This document shows positions 1-13,412 of a stretch of 64,000 nucleotides of DNA, one piece after another. The DNA is taken from assembly GCA_951406725.2 (NCBI GenBank), contig OX597819.1, forward strand, positions 77,810,001-77,874,000, written 5' to 3'. The notes under the pieces are model-generated. The model had not been told where the DNA came from. It saw nothing but the letters and a program-made list of their open reading frames with translations, and did no database searches. Position numbers and translations under genes: made by a program. The first letter of the stretch is position 1. Every line of letters begins with the position of its first letter. The DNA comes from Octopus vulgaris (lineage: Eukaryota).

Positions 1-209
1 CTCCACTGCTTTACTTTGCTAGCGAAAGCATTGTTCGCTCAGTAAATATATAGAAATTTTGACTTTAACAGTTGTTTACAATTTGTAATAGAATTCGTTT
101 TATACAGCTCTGTCATTTGCCATTGACTCTTAATACGAAACCCATATATATTTGTGACACGAAAACGTTTCTTGGATTGCTATCCATGTTATATGTTTTA
201 TTTATTTAT

Positions 210-503
210 ATAGGCACAAGCATAGTTGTATAGTGAGAAGTTTGCTTCCAAACTACATGTGTGTGTGTGTGTGTGTGTGTGTATCTTTGCGTCTGCGTTT
301 GTCCCACTATCACCGCCTGATAACCGGTGTCGGTGTGTTTACGCACCCGTAACTTAGCCGTTCGGCAAAAGTGACCGATAAAACAAGTACCATTCATTAA
401 AAAAATACTGGGTTTGATACATTCGAATAAAATTCTTCAATGCGGTACCCCAGCATGGCCGCATTCTAATAACCGAAACAAGTAAAAGATAAAAGCTAAA
501 AGA
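210..503 (+). mobile_element. tRNA-derived SINE family A (internal microsatellite), internally deleted copy
   Basis: Degenerate head, (TG)n, then the tail cccgtaacttagccgttcggcaaaa...cagcatggccgca...gaaacaagtaaaaga shared with 12088-12545. Confidence 0.75.
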
Positions 504-642
504 TAGTTTTGTCATGGACTTTTATTTCTTGGGAATAGTCCATGGTCTAGTCTTAGAATTTTCTTTCTAAAACATTTCCTTTGCACCCTACACACACACC
601 ACCACCACCACTACCACCACCATCACCACACACACACACACA

Positions 643-684
<42 letters not shown>

Positions 685-984
685 CACACACATACACCCA
701 CACATGCGCACGCACAAACACTCAATATCCTCATTATTTGTTCCATAAGAGAGTGGGGAAAGTCAGGTTGATAAAATAGGAAACAGCAATCGAGATAAAC
801 GCTGAAGTTCATACGCTGTCAATAGTATTGACTTCCACCTGTACAAAGGTACTTAACTCTGAAATGGCTAATTCCACTAAAATTAGGCATTACAGGGTGA
901 AAACGCCATGTCAATGTAAACAGCGACAGAATTGTAAAAGCAACAAATAGTTTGTTATCTTTCTCCTTTCAATGTTGAGCTTAA

Positions 985-1228
985 ATCAAATTCCGCCGAG
1001 GTCGACTTTTGCCTTTCATCCTTTCGGGGTCGATACAACAAGTACCAGTTGAACACTGGGGTAAGTATAATCAACTTACCCTACTCCTCCGAAATTATTG
1101 GCCTTAAGTGAAAATTTGAAACCAATGTTGAGTTCAAATTAAGGCGACGAGCTGACAGAATCGTTAACACACTGGACAAAATGCTTAGTAGTATTTTGCC
1201 CGTCTTCACGTTCTAAGTCCGAATTCCG
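985..1228 (+). mobile_element. SINE family B fragments (Meta-domain-like core)
   Basis: aaattccgccgaggtcgactttgcctttcatcctttcggggtcgat core, followed by a second head ggcgacgagctgacagaatcgtta truncated at the mariner junction. Confidence 0.75.
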
Positions 1229-2135
1229 TCAACCCTCACCACTGACGAGAAGATACAACAAGCTCGAGAGATAGTAATGGTGAAACAGTGAGTTATTATC
1301 GGTGAAGCAGCTCGTCCTCTGCAGATTAGTCATGGTTTTGCCTTTCAAATCATGGTTCTGCCCTTCAAAGAAAGTCTGTGCAATATGGGTGCCAAGAGAA
1401 CTTACTGCAGAGCACAACCGCAAACGTTTTGAGGTCTGCCAACGTTTACTCGACCGCTACAACAATGAGGGCGAGGAATTTTTGAGCAGAATATTCACAA
1501 GAGATGAAATATGGGTCCATTATTATGAGGCAGAATGCAAAAGACAGAGTATGGAGTGGAAACATTCTGGCTCGCCAGCGACGAAGAAATTCAAGAATCA
1601 GTTTTCTGCAGTAAAGGTGATGCTAACCCTATATTGGGACTCCTGGAAAAGGGGTGTACGATCAACAGTGCAAGATACAGTGCTTTGCTGGCCAACAAAC
1701 TGAAGCCAGCAATTTGCACCAAACACCAAAGCCTATTGTTAAAGAAAGTTTTGTTGTTGCATGACAATGCACGCCCACACACGGCTGCTCAGACCGTTGA
1801 AACCATTAACGAACTGGGTTTTGAGGTTCTGGAACACTCTGCCTACAACCGAGATCTCGCCCCTTCCGATTATCATGTCTTTGGACCTCTCAAAGATGGT
1901 TTACGAGGTCGTCGATTTCCTACAGATGAAGATGTGTAGGAAGCGGTGCATAAATGGTTGCACTGCCGACCGAAAACCTTCTTGAAGTGAATGTGCAAAC
2001 TTGTGGACTACTGAACTAAGTGCATCGAAAAGGAAGGAGGCTTTATAGAAAAATGACGTACTTGTTTATCCTCTGCTTTTCTGTAAATACATTGAAAAAA
2101 AAAGAGTGCGTATAATTTTGACTCTCGCTCGCATA
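1229..2135 (+). mobile_element. 5'-truncated mariner (DD34D) transposase relic, frameshifted
   Basis: ORFs 1302-1703 and 1535-1939 give WVPREL, TRDEIWVHYY, LHDNARPH and DLAPSDY, with 34 residues between the 2nd and 3rd Asp; a frameshift and a premature stop are present. Confidence 0.93.
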
Positions 2136-2189
2136 TGTGTATGCTCGCGTGTGCGTGTTTATTTGCGTGTGTGTGTGTGTGTGTGTGTG

Positions 2190-2637
2190 TGTACAAAACA
2201 GCTTAATTAGGATTCCGTGCAACTTCAAGTTTCGCAGGCCCCTGACGGAACCTGTCTCTTCTGGCTCGTGGAATGTCCGAGTGAACGGAGAGACACAGGA
2301 AGTCAAATATGGCTACTGGGAGATGGACTGCAGTTGGTCAAGGAGGGTCACGTGGTCTCACAGCGGACGATGTTGCTTGGTAAGCCACAACAGTTCCTTG
2401 AGAAAAGAGAGTTTCCTTGACCGCGTGGTTGAACAGGAAGTTATTGTATGTATGTATGTATGTATGTATGTATGTATGTATGTGTTATGTCGCTCGTTCG
2501 GATGCCTTCTACTCAACTCGACTCCACTACTACTCGACTGTGCTCTCTCACCCACTCTTCCCTGACATCTAGACTTCTCCCTCTATATCTACGTATTAGG
2601 CTAGTCTACTTTATCGTCTGAGGGTGTCGACACAACA
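2190..2637. mobile_element. possible solo LTR or unclassified insertion between microsatellites
   Basis: GC-richer ~450 bp unique block bounded by TGT...ACA, sitting between (TG)n and (TATG)n; no TSD can be resolved. Confidence 0.3.
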
Positions 2638-2819
2638 GTATGTATGTATGTATGTATGTATGTATGTATGTATGTATGTATGTATGTATGTATGTATGTA
2701 TGTATGTATGTATGTATGTATGTGTGTGTGTATCTATGTGTGATTATGTTATAACCTTCACTACTTGACAATTGGTGTTGGTATGTTTACATCCCTGTAA
2801 CCTAGTAGTTCAGCTAAAG

Positions 2820-3050
2820 GGAACGAGCTGGCAGAAACGTTAGCACGTCGGGCGAAATGCGTAGCGGTATTTCGTCTGTCGTTACGTTGTGAGTTCAAAT
2901 TCCGCCGAGGTCGACTTTGCCTTTCATCCTTTCGGGGTCGATAAATAAAGTACCAGTTGCGCACTGGAGTCGATGTAATCGACTTAATCCGTTTGTCTGT
3001 CCTTGTTTGTCCCCTCTATGTTTAGCCCCTTGTGGTCAATAAAGAGATAT
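2820..3050 (+). mobile_element. SINE family B, full length, inserted into a SINE A tail
   Basis: gagctggcagaaacgttagc A-box head, gttcaaattcc B-box, core, tail tttgtctgtccttgtttgtcccctct; SINE A tail sequence flanks it at 2761-2815 and 3060-3172. Confidence 0.85.
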
Positions 3051-3819
3051 AAAGAGAACTATATAAGTACTAGACTTAAAAATAAGTACTGGAATCGATT
3101 TGTTCGACTAAAACTTCTAAAGTGGCGCGACAGCATGATCGCAGTCCAATGACCGAAGCATGTAAAAGAAAAGATTTATGGTATATAGTAACATTTTTAT
3201 AGTGTCGTATAGCGAAACATGTGGCCTGTTACGCTTTCACTGTGTTTGTCTTTATTGGAATAATGAATCGATATGGTTTTCTTTGGCAGTTTCAGATATA
3301 TTCAGTGCCCATAACACTTTAGATCTTTCTTTTTTTCCGATACATACATGACTAAATTATCAACAACGCGGTCTACGGAAAATACATTAGGAGAATGTTC
3401 TGTAGACTAAAAACAAATAGCTTAGGATCTCCCATATATAACACAGTGAGTTGAGAATTTTCGAACTGAAAAAAATCAATGCAATTATAAGACAAAAAGA
3501 CCCCCTTAGACGTGGCGGTTGTAATCATTTTATAAGTAAGATTCACTTCACCAAAGAACTCTGACAAAAATGAAACATGTCCGTTGGTTTCGCAGCTTGA
3601 TTTTGAAGATTACATCCACCTTCATACTATATTTTCCATATTTTGCAAAATTTTTATTAATTGATCTTATTAGAATTATTTCCTTTGCATGTTTGCTTTT
3701 ACATTTTTCAATACTACTAGAAGAAACTTTTTTCTATCAGCTAATTGCATGGATAATCCCGTTGGATTAAAGGTTTTTTTTTAAAACTCATTATATTATA
3801 TAAGTGAGATCCTATCAAA

Positions 3820-4420
3820 CAGGGTGTTCGGGTTACATTTTTATGTCTCCTTTTTCAAGAACAGTTTGGTGTGTTGGTGAAAAGGCAACGACGTTGGAGA
3901 GCATAACTATTAAGGTTGGGAGCCATCTGAATATTGGTAAAGAATTACCTGTAGCATGATGATACAGGTATCAGAACACCGATATCATAACTGCTGTTCA
4001 GAACAACAGGTGGCTTGCCTACAATCCATATGATATCCCATGTATCATGAAAACCAGGATACCCCGAACTGTGATGATCTTTGAGTGTGTCTGCTATGAA
4101 GGTGGTGTCATGTCCTCCTACATCTCTAGTGGGGCCCTAGGCTTAATTCGGACGGTTATGGGTAGCTACTGGCGATTGTGTTCAAACGCTTGCAGGACAG
4201 AGTTGCTCTTGGAAGGTCATATGTGTAGCAGCAGGATTGGGATCCCATATCTCCGGAAAGAGTCACAAGTAGTTGTCAGAGAATTTCTACTTCAGCCCCA
4301 ATTTCTGGCCCCCTAACTGCTTCAATTGTAATCCCAGGTCTTACTATGTGTGGGCACAGTTGAGAAATACACCAACTACTCTGCCTGCAACACCAAGGCC
4401 AATCTGGCGACCAGAAACAA
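3820..4420 (+). mobile_element. decayed Tc1/mariner (maT/DD37D-like) transposon
   Basis: cagggtgt end; translation MKTRIPRTVMIFECVCYEGGVM resembles KHPASVMVFGVVSSEG; a degenerate FWPPNSPDLNPLDYYVW-type motif lies at ~4302-4355. Confidence 0.7.
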
Positions 4421-4559
4421 GCAGCATTGATTAGAAAATTACTAAGAATAAACATAAATATTGGTTGGTGAAAAAAATTAAAACTGTTTAGCGAATAGAT
4501 GTTTGTGAAACACTATATGCACGACGAAATCTATTTCACCAAGGAAATAATAATGATTT

Positions 4560-4935
4560 CAATTTTTGGCACACGGCCAGTAATTCATGGTAAGGAGGTA
4601 AGTCAATTACATCGGCTCCAAGTACATCGACCCCGAAAGGATGAAAGGCAAAGTCGACCTCGGCGGAATTTGAACTCAGAACGTAACGGCAGACGAAATA
4701 CCTATTTCTTTACTACCTACAAGAGGCTAAACACAGAGAGGACAAACAAGGACAGACAAACGGATTAAGTCAATTATATCGACCTCAGTGCGTAGCTGGT
4801 ACTTATTTAATCGACCCCGAAAGGATGAAAGGCAAAGTTGACCTCGGCGGTATTTGAACTCAGAACGTAGCGGCAGACAAAATATCGCTAAGCATTTTAC
4901 CCGGTATGCTAACGATTCTGCTAGCTCGTCACCTT
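4560..4935 (-). mobile_element. SINE family B, partial tandem dimer
   Basis: Two copies of atcgaccccgaaaggatgaaaggcaaagt(c/t)gacctcggcgg on the plus strand; head at 4905-4935. Confidence 0.85.
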
Positions 4936-5360
4936 AATGAAGTTGTAATAATAAAGAAGTATGTTCAGATCAGAGTTGTCGTTCGTGGTTGCTAAAATAT
5001 GTAAAATAATTTTTTTTTCTTCATAATTATTTCTAGTTAGCTTTCTTAAATATTACTAAGGATCCTTGAATTATTTCTTACATGTATCAAGGTTTAGCTG
5101 GTTGCTAATAAATTTTTTTGAAAAAGAATGCTTCAACCATTAATTCTGATAAGAGATATTTATGTACAAAAACATATAAAAGCTCGTATATTATCTGTTA
5201 TATTTATTTTCTTTTGTTTTGTTCCCTAAAATCTTCAGTAAATATATGTTTGACTCTGCAACAAAGAACCAAAATTCTTTCATTGAGATGCAAACAATAA
5301 CAACTTGATAATGTGTCTTGACAAACAATTTGCTCAGTGGTAATAATTATTTGATGGAAG

Positions 5361-5595
5361 AAGGCGGCGAGCTGGCAGAAACGTTAGCACGCCGGGCGAA
5401 ATGCGTAGCCGTATTTCGTCTGCCGTTACCGTCTGAGTTCAAATTCTGCCGAGGTCGACTTTGCCTTTCCTCCTTTCGGGGTCGATACATTAAATACCAG
5501 TTACGCACTAGGGTCGATGTAATCGACTTAATCCGTTTGTCTGTCCTTGTTTGTCCTCTCTATGTGTAGCCCCTTGTGAGTAGTAAAGAAATAGG
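5361..5595 (+). mobile_element. SINE family B, full length
   Basis: aaggcggcgagctggcagaaacgttagc...core...aaagaaatagg. Confidence 0.9.
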
Positions 5596-6295
5596 CAACA
5601 ATTATTTGATGGAATTTTTATTGAACTGCAGGGAATTTCTCACAAATTTTAAAATGTATGTACAGTCTATATTATTGATGCCTCTAAGAATTTCGTATTA
5701 GCAGTTATTCTTATCAAAAGCAATATTATTCCATATTATATAATGTCTTTGCAATAATGATTCAAATGAATTAATTTTAGCTCTTTTTCTACCTTTATTT
5801 CGCTGAATTCATGTCCTCCGCGAAAACTCGATTATACCAATTTCCTCACTTAAATTCAGACCTTGTATGTTACTCTTTTTCCTTCATTCATTGCAACTTT
5901 GGTTTCTTGGATTTACATACAAATTAACAATTTATTTATTTACTCATTTCTGTTGTATATGTTTCATATACCTTTTCAGAATTCCTAAAAGTTATGATAA
6001 GTAAACATTTTTCCTGATTTGTATCAGTTAACTTTTAAACGTATTTTAAACGGTCTTTCTTTTTTCTAAACCCAGAGTAAGAGCAACTAAAGATTTCAGA
6101 GAGCGCATCTCATTAATCATTTTCACACTATTTAAACTACGTTTCAAGATAAAAGGACGAAACATAGAGTAAATGAAAACATGAATTAATAAGTGTATAA
6201 ACGATTAAGTAAACTTATAAGTACTAGCATATATCTATGGATATATTCAAACGTATATGTGTGTTGTGTTGTTGTGTGTACACGTGTCTATGTGA

Positions 6296-6742
6296 TTGGT
6301 TGTGTGGTAAGAGGGTTACTTCCCAACCACACGGTGGTGGGTTCAGTCCCACTGCGTGGCACCTTGGACCAGGCAGTGGGACTTCTACTATTGCATCGGG
6401 CCCACCAAAGCCTTGTAAGTGGAATTGGCAGACGGAAACTGGAAGAAGCCCATTGTATATATATATATATATATGTGTATGTGTATATATATGTATATAC
6501 TATATAGTTTTTATTTTCCAATCACTTTCGGAATTACAACAATTGGTGACTCGGAGTTTAACTGCTCTTTCTAGCGAGTCAGATATCCTATTCTTCGGGT
6601 ATCTCTTTTGTGTTTGAACGTACACTGTATTCTTCTTTGAATAATATATAGTCTATTGACTAATTTTTTCTTTCTCGCTAGACCACTGGTAACTAAGAAT
6701 TTTTCGATGAATATTCTTGCTACCCTAAGATTTTAATTAATG

Positions 6743-6795
<53 letters not shown>

Positions 6796-6980
6796 ATCAT
6801 CGCTTGACAACCGAACTTGGTGTTTTTACATCCCCATAAATTAGCGGTTCGGCAAAAGAGATAGATAGAATAAGTACTCGGCTTAAAAAAGTACTAGGGT
6901 CAATTCGTTCGATAAAAAAATTTCAAGGTGGTGCCCAAGCATAGCCACCATCTATTGACTGAAACAAATAAAAGATAAAA
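6296..6980 (+). mobile_element. SINE family A split by ~250 bp of extra sequence within its microsatellite
   Basis: Head at 6296-6452 and tail at 6790-6980 match family A. Confidence 0.75.
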
Positions 6981-7648
6981 TATCTATTTTACTATCAATG
7001 TTAATTAACCGAAGATTGGTTCTCATCTTTCACTTGTGCCAAATTTCCGGTAATGACTACCGTTAAGTCCCCCATTGTAAATCGGAACTTTAGTTTCTAC
7101 TGACTAGCGTTTTAGTGACTTGCAGTACAAGATACCCCTTTACTTGTACATATGACTGCGTTTAGCCCAACAAGTCATATTTATATCTCTAAGCCTGCTA
7201 TGACTATTATCATAGTCACGATCTCTTAGACATGTTTATATAAGATGCTTCGATTTTCTAATCGAGGAATTTACCGGTCTCCGCATTTTAGAGTCGAACT
7301 TGTACTTCAGAATTTCTGAAATGCTTAAATCATCGCAGCTGAATATCTGACTGTGAAAGCTAATATTTCTTACTTTGTACGACTTGTTGATTAAGTGCAC
7401 CTATCAGAAACTGATATTTTCACAGACTTTGAGAAAGGTCGAAAGAAGAATTTTTTAAATATCAAAGTAACAGATTTATTTTCTTAATAACTGTTCCTGT
7501 GATTAATGATGTTAGATTTGAACCCCCGTCGACAACAACACGAGACAGGTGAAATACATACGGAAGTGTAAGTTAAAGTCAATTTGTAATAACTGCTTGA
7601 AATATGTGTTTATATGTACTTGCATGTACGTTTGTATGTGCATATTTA

Positions 7649-7738
<90 letters not shown>

Positions 7739-7974
7739 GTGTGTGTGTGTGTGTGTCTGTGTGTGTGTGTATTTGTGGTGGTTTGCGTGTGTAAGCATGT
7801 GTTTGAAGCTATATTTATATGTATTTGTAAGTTAGGTTTATTATCGCTATTTCACCGAAGGTTGGTTCCTTGGATTTACTCGAGCCGTATTCCCTAGTAA
7901 TAACTACCGTTATTTGCTCCCTAGACTTGTATTTAACTGTAGTTAGTCACCGATGGATTAGTAGGATGTTTTCT

Positions 7975-8382
7975 GGATGTTTTCGGTTTAAACGGCAGTT
8001 TTTTCTAGCGGTGTCATATGAAATTGTCACCCATAATTATGACCCTAGTATCGATCTATTGCATTTCAATCTGTTTTAGGGTTAGGGGTGGGGGAAGGGT
8101 ATCTTTTTTTCTTCACAAATGTAAATGAACCCAATCTGTTTCTTAAACGAGGGACATATTCATACGGCACAGAATGTTTTTTAACTCAATACACGTCACT
8201 GATTGGTTGAAATTACAGAAATTGAAGAAAAAACAACAGATATCTTACAAACTATAGAATTTTATCAATAAAGTCAAGAGAAAAAGATGTTTTATAAACA
8301 CATTCTACCAGTATACGAAGTTTAAAATTTTTTAGTTACCTAGAAATTATGTTAAAAACTGCCGTTCAAACCGAAAAGATCC
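7975..8382. mobile_element. MITE with ~29-bp TIRs, 8-bp TSD and internal TTAGGG (Merlin-like)
   Basis: TIR ggatgttttcggtttaaacggcagtttt / aaaactgccgttcaaaccgaaaagatcc; TSD tgttttct at 7967-7974 and 8383-8390. Confidence 0.9.
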
Positions 8383-8949
8383 TGTTTTCTTTACACCAAA
8401 ATCAGAAGAATACACTGTGAGGTATCAATCGTTAGAGTTGAATGTCTTCAAATAAACTGAGTAAACATTATTGGAATTTTGTCGATGCGTCTATACTATG
8501 CTAAGAAATGAATTAGTGAAGGTTTGTGTTTGTCCGTTCATATGATTGTTTATATATTTAAGGGAACATAAATGTGTGTATATATGCGTTATGCATGCGT
8601 GCATCTGTGTGCTATGTGTGTATTAGCATAAATGTACCATATAAACGGCATTCATATTATTCCTTTGCTAACTGCTTCTGATAAATATTTTCATTGCATG
8701 AATTCGTTCATTGGACATTCGAGTCCCGAAAGACACAACCGCCACATTCCCCTCGTCTTCTTTTGGTAGATATGTTCTGTAAAAGATGTTTGATTTGATT
8801 TCCAACTAGAAGTGATCTGTTCTCTTGATGTGCCGACTCTCTCTGCACTTTCGTTTTTGCTGTGCCGCTGATTGTCATAGGGTAGAAATGAAAAAAGCTG
8901 CATTCACAGCAAAGTAGTACCAGATTCCCAAAGCATCTGATCTAAAATC

Positions 8950-10470
8950 ACGTCCTTCTGTTGCAGGGCCAACATCTAGTACTCAACGATTTTGCAATTT
9001 CCTTGACATAATTTAAAAACCTTTGAGCAAATTGGTCCCTAGTGTCATCAGACATGAACTTTCTAGACCATGTTCCAGAAAGAGTAAATAAAGAGACGAT
9101 ACTATTTAGCTTTGACGTAACCAATTTCTGTACAGAAATCCTCCATGGATTAGAATTAGAAACAGTAGAATTCTTTATAGAAAACTACCTACAAAAAATT
9201 CAAAAGAGCTTATAATTGAAGGATTGCGGTTAATTATGAAAAACAACAATATCTTGGACAAGCGAATATTACTTACGAATACAACGCACAGCAATGGGAC
9301 GAAAGTCGCACCGATGTATGCGACACTAGTAATGGTATATCTGGAAGAAAAAATCTAGAATTAGTTTTGATCTACGTTTATAATCCTATTTAATAGGAAA
9401 CTGCAAAAGTTACTTCGATGATCGATACATATTTTGGAACAAAAGTGAGGAGGACTTTGCAAAATACCTTAATTTAATAAACGGCATTCATGAATCGATT
9501 TCATTCATTATGGAAATGAATAAAAGGAAACTCCCTTTTTTGGAACTCCTAATAATTAAAGAAAATGACACAGTTATATTTTATCTCTTCAGCAAAGATG
9601 CCTACATACACCAATATTTAGATTGCTACCCTTCTCACACAAAAAGGAACATACTATTCAATATGGTTAGATGTGTACGCTCAGTAGTTACAGGTACAAG
9701 CAGACGAGAGAAACGACTAGCAGAACTAAGTATTTTTTTTCACAACAAAAATACCTGCAAATTTATTAAATTTATTAAAGCATGCCATGACGAAAGCAAA
9801 AGAAATCCCAATCTCCGCCTTGCGGAAAAACACTCACACAGAGGCTGAAAACAAAAATATAAATATAAATATTGCATTTGCATTCTCCCATAATCCAACG
9901 AACCACAACATCCTACATTCGGCCAAACGACACTTCCCAACTCAACATCAATCATCGAATCTCTGAAATATAATTTTAAAAAATCACAAATCATCAACAA
10001 CCAAAGACAGCCACCAAATCTCAAGAGACTTCTAGCAAAGGCGTGATTCACATCGGAGAAAGAAATAATGCAAATAAAGTGTGAAAATCCTCGTTGTGGG
10101 ACATGTGAAATAATTAAACAAGGCACAACCAAAAGATTCGAGAATGAGAAGGAATTGGAAGTGAATGCAAACATGAATTGTAAAGCAAAAAAATCTCATC
10201 TATTGCATCACGTGTCACAATGCAACGAGAATTACATTGGAAAAACAGGAACAAAACTAACCAGCCGTGCGAATGGGAACAAACAACAAATTAAGCATTC
10301 ATCTCTAGGAAATGTTTCATGCAGCAAGCATCTAGACATTTTTTGTAAATGGAAAATTTAATATATTCTTTGTTTTTTTTACAAAATAAAAGACGAAAAT
10401 GATCAACTGTGAAAGGCTAAAGTAGAACACATTATAACAATTGTAAATCCGAAACTAAACTGGAAATAGT
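8950..10470 (+). mobile_element. Penelope-like retroelement relic (RT + GIY-YIG), multiple frameshifts and stops
   Basis: LFSFDVTNF (~9102), AMG..VAPMYATLVM (~9290), HQYLDCYPSHTKRNILFNMVR, C.NPRCGTC, NMNCKAK, YIGKTGTKL..R. Confidence 0.85.
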
Positions 10471-10998
10471 CAACACCATTACTAAAACGACTTCCTCTAT
10501 ACGCATTAACCCAGAACATGTTTGAAAAGGTGAACAACGTAAGGGCTTACACTCAAAATACGCACTATACGAACACTTCTTCCTCAAAGGTTGGTGACGT
10601 TCAGTCATGTTCTTTTAATACATTTTTTCAATAGTTAATTCTCTTAAAAAGATCTTCTTTTATTGTGATTGTATCAAGTATTTCTTCACACACACACACA
10701 TATATATGTATGTATATATATATATATATATTAAATACAAAATGGGACAAGAACGCAAAACATCCCGACAGTTAGGTGATACAAACATGGGACAACAAAA
10801 CATCCAGATAAACGATACAAAGAAAACAAGGACGGGTCATTCGAAGTTTTCTTTCCTCGGTCAAGTACCAGATTATCTTCGCAATTTTGGTTGATTATAC
10901 TTGAGATTTCTCTAATCTGGTCAGCCCCAAGGAAAAACTAAGCTAAGAGCATTAGATACCTATATATACATATGTATGTGTGAGTGTGTGCATGTGTG

Positions 10999-11040
<42 letters not shown>

Positions 11041-12087
11041 TGTGCATGTGCGTATTCGGAGGGTGTAGCTTACCACTGTAAGTAGTATCAGTAAAGTAAG
11101 ACTAAAGAGTGTTTCGTTACCTTGCAGTGCTGAGTTCAAATCGCACATCACAGATATTTCCATCATGGGGTAAGCAAACATAGTGTTTTATAAATGGCTG
11201 AAGTATGATTTAAAAGAGAGGGTCTAGAGGAGTAATCTGCTGAAAATCCGGGATGAAGCCACTCACATCCTGAGTAATTTATATAGGGAATCTTTCGACA
11301 TATACTAAGGCAACATAAAATCTGGCTAAGTTTTTTGTAGGGGAAGCGAAGGCCTGGAATCCTGAGCTACATCATATTTCTATTCCTAAAAGTACCTTTC
11401 TCAAGCAATGTAAACACGTCACATTGGAATGGGACTACTGGGCGCTGCTGTTTGGATATTGACGATTTGACGCGGTTGACTGGACATTTAACTTGCTTTG
11501 GCGACAGTGTTTTGGGTACAGATGGCAAACACGTGCACGAGTGCACAGAAATATACACATACAAAGAGAGTGAGAGAGATTTTCCCACAATTCTCATGAT
11601 CGCTCCTCCACGGTGAGTACGTTGACTTAAAAATCAAATCCTCTCAATTTGATGGCTAAATAGCTGTATTCCTCCGTCTTCTAGATGTGAGCATCCTTCA
11701 TTCTGCTTTCATAGGGAACATTGAGTTTCATTAGAATATTTTCTTTTTTAGCGAGAAGTAGTGGTGTAAAATATTCGCTCTCATACCATTTTTTATGGAT
11801 AACTTCTGTACCCAATGGAAAAAAAGAGCTACATGCAAGATGACAGAAACCGTAAAAACAATCCCCATTTTTTACTCTTCTTTTCTTCTTTCTCTCTCTT
11901 GTCCGTGTATTCTATAATAACCCAATATTACCGAACTTTTAGTAATCCACATTTTTTATATTCTTCTCCGATAAGTTTTGATATTATCTACCCCTATCAT
12001 TAAATTTTTGAAGATTTAATCATTAAAATGTTTTCTACTTCGTAATTGTAAATGCTCTAAAAAAATCCCATCGTTTTATATACATTT

Positions 12088-12240
12088 ATAGGCGCAGGAG
12101 TGGCTGTGTGGTAAGTAGCTTGCTTACCAACCACATGGTTCCGTGTTCAGTCTCACTGCGTGGCACTTTGGGCAAGTGTCTTCTACTATAGTCTCGGGCT
12201 GACCAAAGACTTGTGACGGAACTGAAAGAAGTTCGTCGCA

Positions 12241-12324
<84 letters not shown>

Positions 12325-12545
12325 CGTGTGTGCGTGTGTCTGTGTTTGTCCCCCCCCCAACTTCGCTTGGCAACCAATGCTGGTGTGTTTACGTTCCTGT
12401 GACTTAGCTGTTCGGCAAACGAGACCAATAGAATAAGTACTAGGCTTTCAAAAAATAAGTCCTGCGGTCGATTTGCTCGACTAAAGACGGTGCTCCAGCA
12501 TGGCCGCAATCAAATGACTGAAACGAGTAAAAGAGTAAAGAGTAA
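12088..12545 (+). mobile_element. SINE family A, best full-length copy
   Basis: tRNA-like head ggcgcaggagtggctgtgtggtaag...gttcagtc, CORE-like ggcactttgggcaagtgtc, internal (TA)n(TG)n, tail ending gaaacgagtaaaagagtaaa. Confidence 0.9.
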
Positions 12546-13030
12546 AAGAGAGTATTTATACCATTGATAAACAAAAAATTGTTGAAACTAGTTTGGTATG
12601 TATGTAAATAAATTTATTTAAAAACAATTACAAATTTTCCAAATTCAGGTGCGTTTTCAAAAACAAATTCTCCTACACAAACACACACACACATATATAT
12701 TGCAGATGGGCTGAGGTTCACTACAGCTGTTTCAGGTGTGCTTTTTATTGATCAAAAAATCAATTACGTCATGTACAAATATCGTTTTCTGCAGGTGAAT
12801 TAAAAGTAGAATTTGACATTTAGGATTTTTCATACAAATAGTTTATAATACACATTGACCATCTCATCTCAGTGCCACTATTTGCTGTAGTAAGTAGGTG
12901 AGAGTCTGTACCCACTGTTAGTGTGCAGGTATGCTGTCCTCGATTCTCCTTTGGTATCTTTGTTATTAAAATATCACGATTCTATTGGATCCTGAAAATG
13001 TAATGATATATATATACATATATATATATA

Positions 13031-13412
13031 TCTCTCTATATAAACGGCAGTTTGTCTGTGCGTGTTTCTGTGTGTCTGTTTGCTTGTACCCTCACCCTGA
13101 CCACGGCTTTCAACCGATTCTGATGAAACTTGACACACACATAGCCCAATGTCATAATTCAAAACTAACGCAGCGAAAATTTTGAAAAGTTCCCCCAGTT
13201 CTGAAAAAATCGATAAATTCGACATGGGGTCGAGAATCAGAAACACGAACCACAAACTGTCTAGGGGACGCAACTCCACCTTTTTTAAATCTCAAAAAAA
13301 AATTTACCATCATTTTTTCCCATTTTTTTGCTATTTTTTTGGCTATAACTCTCTAAAAATGCTTTATAGTTATTTCCCTTACAAACCTGAGCAACGCCGG
13401 GCGATACTGCTA

